This document shows positions 62,357-64,000 of a stretch of 64,000 nt of DNA, one piece after another. Made by a program: the position numbers and the translations under genes. The first letter of the stretch is position 1, and every line of letters starts with the position of its first letter. The notes under the pieces are model-generated. The model was given only the letters and a program-made list of their open reading frames with translations, searched no databases and had not been told where the DNA came from. The stretch is taken from contig DAHVFB010000006.1 in assembly GCA_027317185.1 (NCBI GenBank), positions 593-64,592 of the forward strand, given 5' to 3'. Source of the DNA: Deltaproteobacteria bacterium (GTDB lineage Bacteria > Desulfobacterota > Binatia > Binatales > Binataceae).

Positions 62357-63052
62357 TTAGTCCCGTTCAGATCCGCGCAGCCGGTCGATCACGCCCAGCA
62401 GATCACCCATCGATTGGATTACAAAGTCGGGCCGGAACTGATCGTTCTGCATGAGCCGGCTATAGGTGGCCGGTCCGGTTGTGACCGAAACAGCAGCGCC
62501 AAAACCGGCCTTTAACGCGGCGACCGTGTCGCGCGGCTCATCGCCCACATACATACAATCATCGGGCGCGACCGCGGCGCGCGCCGCAGCCTCACGCAGA
62601 CTCTCAGTTTTATCCAGCGCGGCCAGCGAAAAGTTGGTTTGCGTGATTACAAAGTCAAGATGCTCCGCCAGGCCGACCATCGCGAGCTTACGCAACAGCA
62701 GATCAGAATCGCCGGGACGGCTGGTCACGACGCCGGTGACATACGAGCGCCGCTTGATCTCGGCCAAGGTCTCAGTGACATGTGGCAGGATTTCCAGCCG
62801 CTCGGTGCCATCGATCTCGGTCAAAAAATAGGCGAAGGCGAGCTGCATATACTCGCGGCGCTGATGTCCGAGAACGCCAGGCCATAGGTCATCGCGACTC
62901 AGCGATTCGTGATAGCCCTCGCGAGAAAGGGGCGGCCCTCCCAGCGAATCGAGCGCGCGGCATAACGCGCTGTACAACGGTCCGTGAATATCGACCAGGG
63001 TTCCATCAAGATCGAAAAAAATTGCTTGTAATTTACGAACTCGCGAAATCAT
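62357..63052 (-). CDS. HAD-superfamily hydrolase (phosphoglycolate phosphatase-like, subfamily IA)
   Basis: Canonical motif I IFFDLDGTLVD, motif II VVTSR, and motifs III/IV K...YVGDEPRD. Confidence 0.85.
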   Translation of the reverse strand: MISRVRKLQAIFFDLDGTLVDIHGPLYSALCRALDSLGGPPLSREGYHESLSRDDLWPGVLGHQRREYMQLAFAYFLTEIDGTERLEILPHVTETLAEIKRRSYVTGVVTSRPGDSDLLLRKLAMVGLAEHLDFVITQTNFSLAALDKTESLREAAARAAVAPDDCMYVGDEPRDTVAALKAGFGAAVSVTTGPATYSRLMQNDQFRPDFVIQSMGDLLGVIDRLRGSERD

Positions 63053-63332
63053 CAGTTGCGGATAGTCCCCATTTCATTGCGGTGTCCGAACAATAGCTTG
63101 AAGTATTCATGGTTCCTTCGCGTCACGAACTGATTCTCAGGTGAACTTTCATATTGTTGAAGCTTTCTAATTTCCATGTAATTGAAGGCATCGGCTCCAT
63201 AACCCGTCCTGCAAGAGTATCGCGCTCCTGTAAAGAAGTGTGATTGCCTGCAATTTTGCCCTTGGCATCCCGCTTGCTGACTCCTTAAGACAACGCACTG
63301 TGGTTGGAGCGAATTGAATTGGAGGTGTCGAG

Positions 63333-63488
63333 ATGCTGGGCTTACTCGTTCTGATTGTCCTTGTGGTCGCGGTAGCGGGCGCCGTTCCCGCTTATCCATA
63401 CAGCGCTAACTGGGGCTATGCCCCTACGGGTTTGCTTGGAACAATCCTGCTGATTTGGATCCTCCTGCTGATCCTGGGACGTGTCTGA
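63333..63488 (+). CDS. DUF3309-family small membrane protein (51 aa)
   Basis: My own translation: MLGLLVLIVLVVAVAGAVPAYPYSANWGYAPTGLLGTILLIWILLLILGRV. This is the two-TM pattern with the central P.YPYS..WGY..(S/T)G typical of DUF3309. GGAGG lies 7 nt upstream. Confidence 0.65.
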   Translation: MLGLLVLIVLVVAVAGAVPAYPYSANWGYAPTGLLGTILLIWILLLILGRV

Positions 63489-63555
63489 AGCGATTCCGCT
63501 CTCAAGCTAACGATTTTTGGATAATTCGGGGTAAACCCCATTTTGTGAAGAGAAA

Positions 63556-63906
63556 GTGAGAACTAACAATATGCCGAAATCGCTAATTGGCCTGTCATTC
63601 GGAATTGCCATGTCGATGGCTCTAATCGGATGTAATGTCAATCACAAACTGACGACCACTGGGAATGAACATTCCGTACCGATGTACACCGATGAACAGA
63701 CCTTCCTGCATGTCTCGCATATGAAGCAGGAAGGTGGCCTCCATGGAATGGTCGGAGAGGTCGAGAAAGGTACGTCGGCGAAACAGATAGACGATCAGAC
63801 GCCGGTGCGGATCGTGTCCAGTGACGATAACGGCGCGGTGGTCGAAATCACAAATGGACCGATGAAAGGTCAATCCGGGTTCGTGCCAAAACAAAACATC
63901 GACTAG
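63556..63906 (+). CDS. hypothetical lipoprotein
   Basis: Lipobox MSMALIG|C. The C-terminal part is small and beta-rich (PVRIVSSDDNGAVVEITNGPMKGQSGFVP). ATG 63571 is an alternative start to GTG 63556. Confidence 0.6.
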   Translation: MRTNNMPKSLIGLSFGIAMSMALIGCNVNHKLTTTGNEHSVPMYTDEQTFLHVSHMKQEGGLHGMVGEVEKGTSAKQIDDQTPVRIVSSDDNGAVVEITNGPMKGQSGFVPKQNID

Positions 63907-64000
63907 ATAATTCCACGCCGGGCGGGCGGCCGCTTTCCTCCTTGAGTGGCCGCTCGTCCTTCATCATAAAGTAGCCAGCCACTGCGCAAGCATTGCACAT

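Noticed and set aside
63052-63399. 115-aa minus-strand ORF, and its possible 41-aa C-terminal version starting at ATG 63177 that ends in a TGATG junction with the HAD gene
   Set aside because: The long form overlaps the much better supported DUF3309 gene. The short form has no Shine-Dalgarno sequence and odd composition. Treated as non-coding.
1-64000. Search for CRISPR arrays, IS elements, integrases, phage genes, rRNA/tRNA and defence systems other than vapBC
   Set aside because: I saw no direct-repeat/spacer arrays, no transposase, recombinase or integrase motifs, and no long terminal inverted repeats. The only toxin-antitoxin or defence-type module is vapBC.

Overview
Densely coding, high-GC bacterial chromosomal window with about 70 supportable features. 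It looks like a diderm organism: a type II secretion system (T2SS), Tat export, an RND pump and lipoproteins are all present. Several luciferase-like/F420-type oxidoreductases are also present. I saw no rRNA, tRNA, CRISPR array, transposase or integrase.

Layout:
(1) 1-10.2 kb: a tightly coupled T2SS operon, gspE-F-G-H-I-J-K-L-M-N, with no secretin (gspD), gspC or prepilin peptidase in view.
(2) 10.2-15.7 kb: a luciferase-like oxidoreductase, a secreted protein, an LssY-like lipoprotein and an M1 aminopeptidase.
(3) 15.7-29.6 kb: a hopanoid/isoprenoid locus. hpnK and hpnG are divergent. A roughly 12 kb co-oriented string follows: tetR-hpnH-polyprenyl synthase-Zn-ADH-shc-dxr-hpnC-hpnD-hpnE-hpnA-membrane protein.
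(4) 29.8-39.2 kb: the block I consider most likely to be an undescribed system. It holds a Gfo/Idh/MocA oxidoreductase, an F420-type LLM, a GmhB-like HAD, a class-III aminotransferase, an ITPK-like ATP-grasp protein, a sugar/alcohol-phosphate nucleotidyltransferase and a second HAD. Divergent from these are a fusion of a degenerate nucleotidyltransferase domain to a CDP-alcohol phosphatidyltransferase, and a B12-binding radical SAM enzyme. A 12-mer in the divergent promoter is identical to one in the repeat-rich region upstream of the hopanoid tetR.
(5) 39.4-50.9 kb: a DUF883-like protein, a GH15 glucoamylase, tatA/tatC, an HDAC-family deacetylase, vapBC, an LLM, an alpha/beta hydrolase and an orphan RND pump.
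(6) 51.3-62.3 kb: a phenolic/aromatic catabolic island. It contains an HpaB-family hydroxylase, an extradiol dioxygenase and a UbiD/VdcD decarboxylase without UbiX. It also contains a Rieske oxygenase alpha subunit next to an unusual NTF2-like + 2xCDGSH fusion, a Tat-signal protein, and two p-cresol-methylhydroxylase-type flavoprotein paralogs flanking a c-type cytochrome.
(7) 62.3-64 kb: a HAD hydrolase, a lower-GC gap, a DUF3309 mini-protein and a lipoprotein.

All calls rest on motif recognition by eye. No database search or computation was run. Many start codons were re-chosen by hand, because the ORF track uses the longest ORF and also non-ATG starts.
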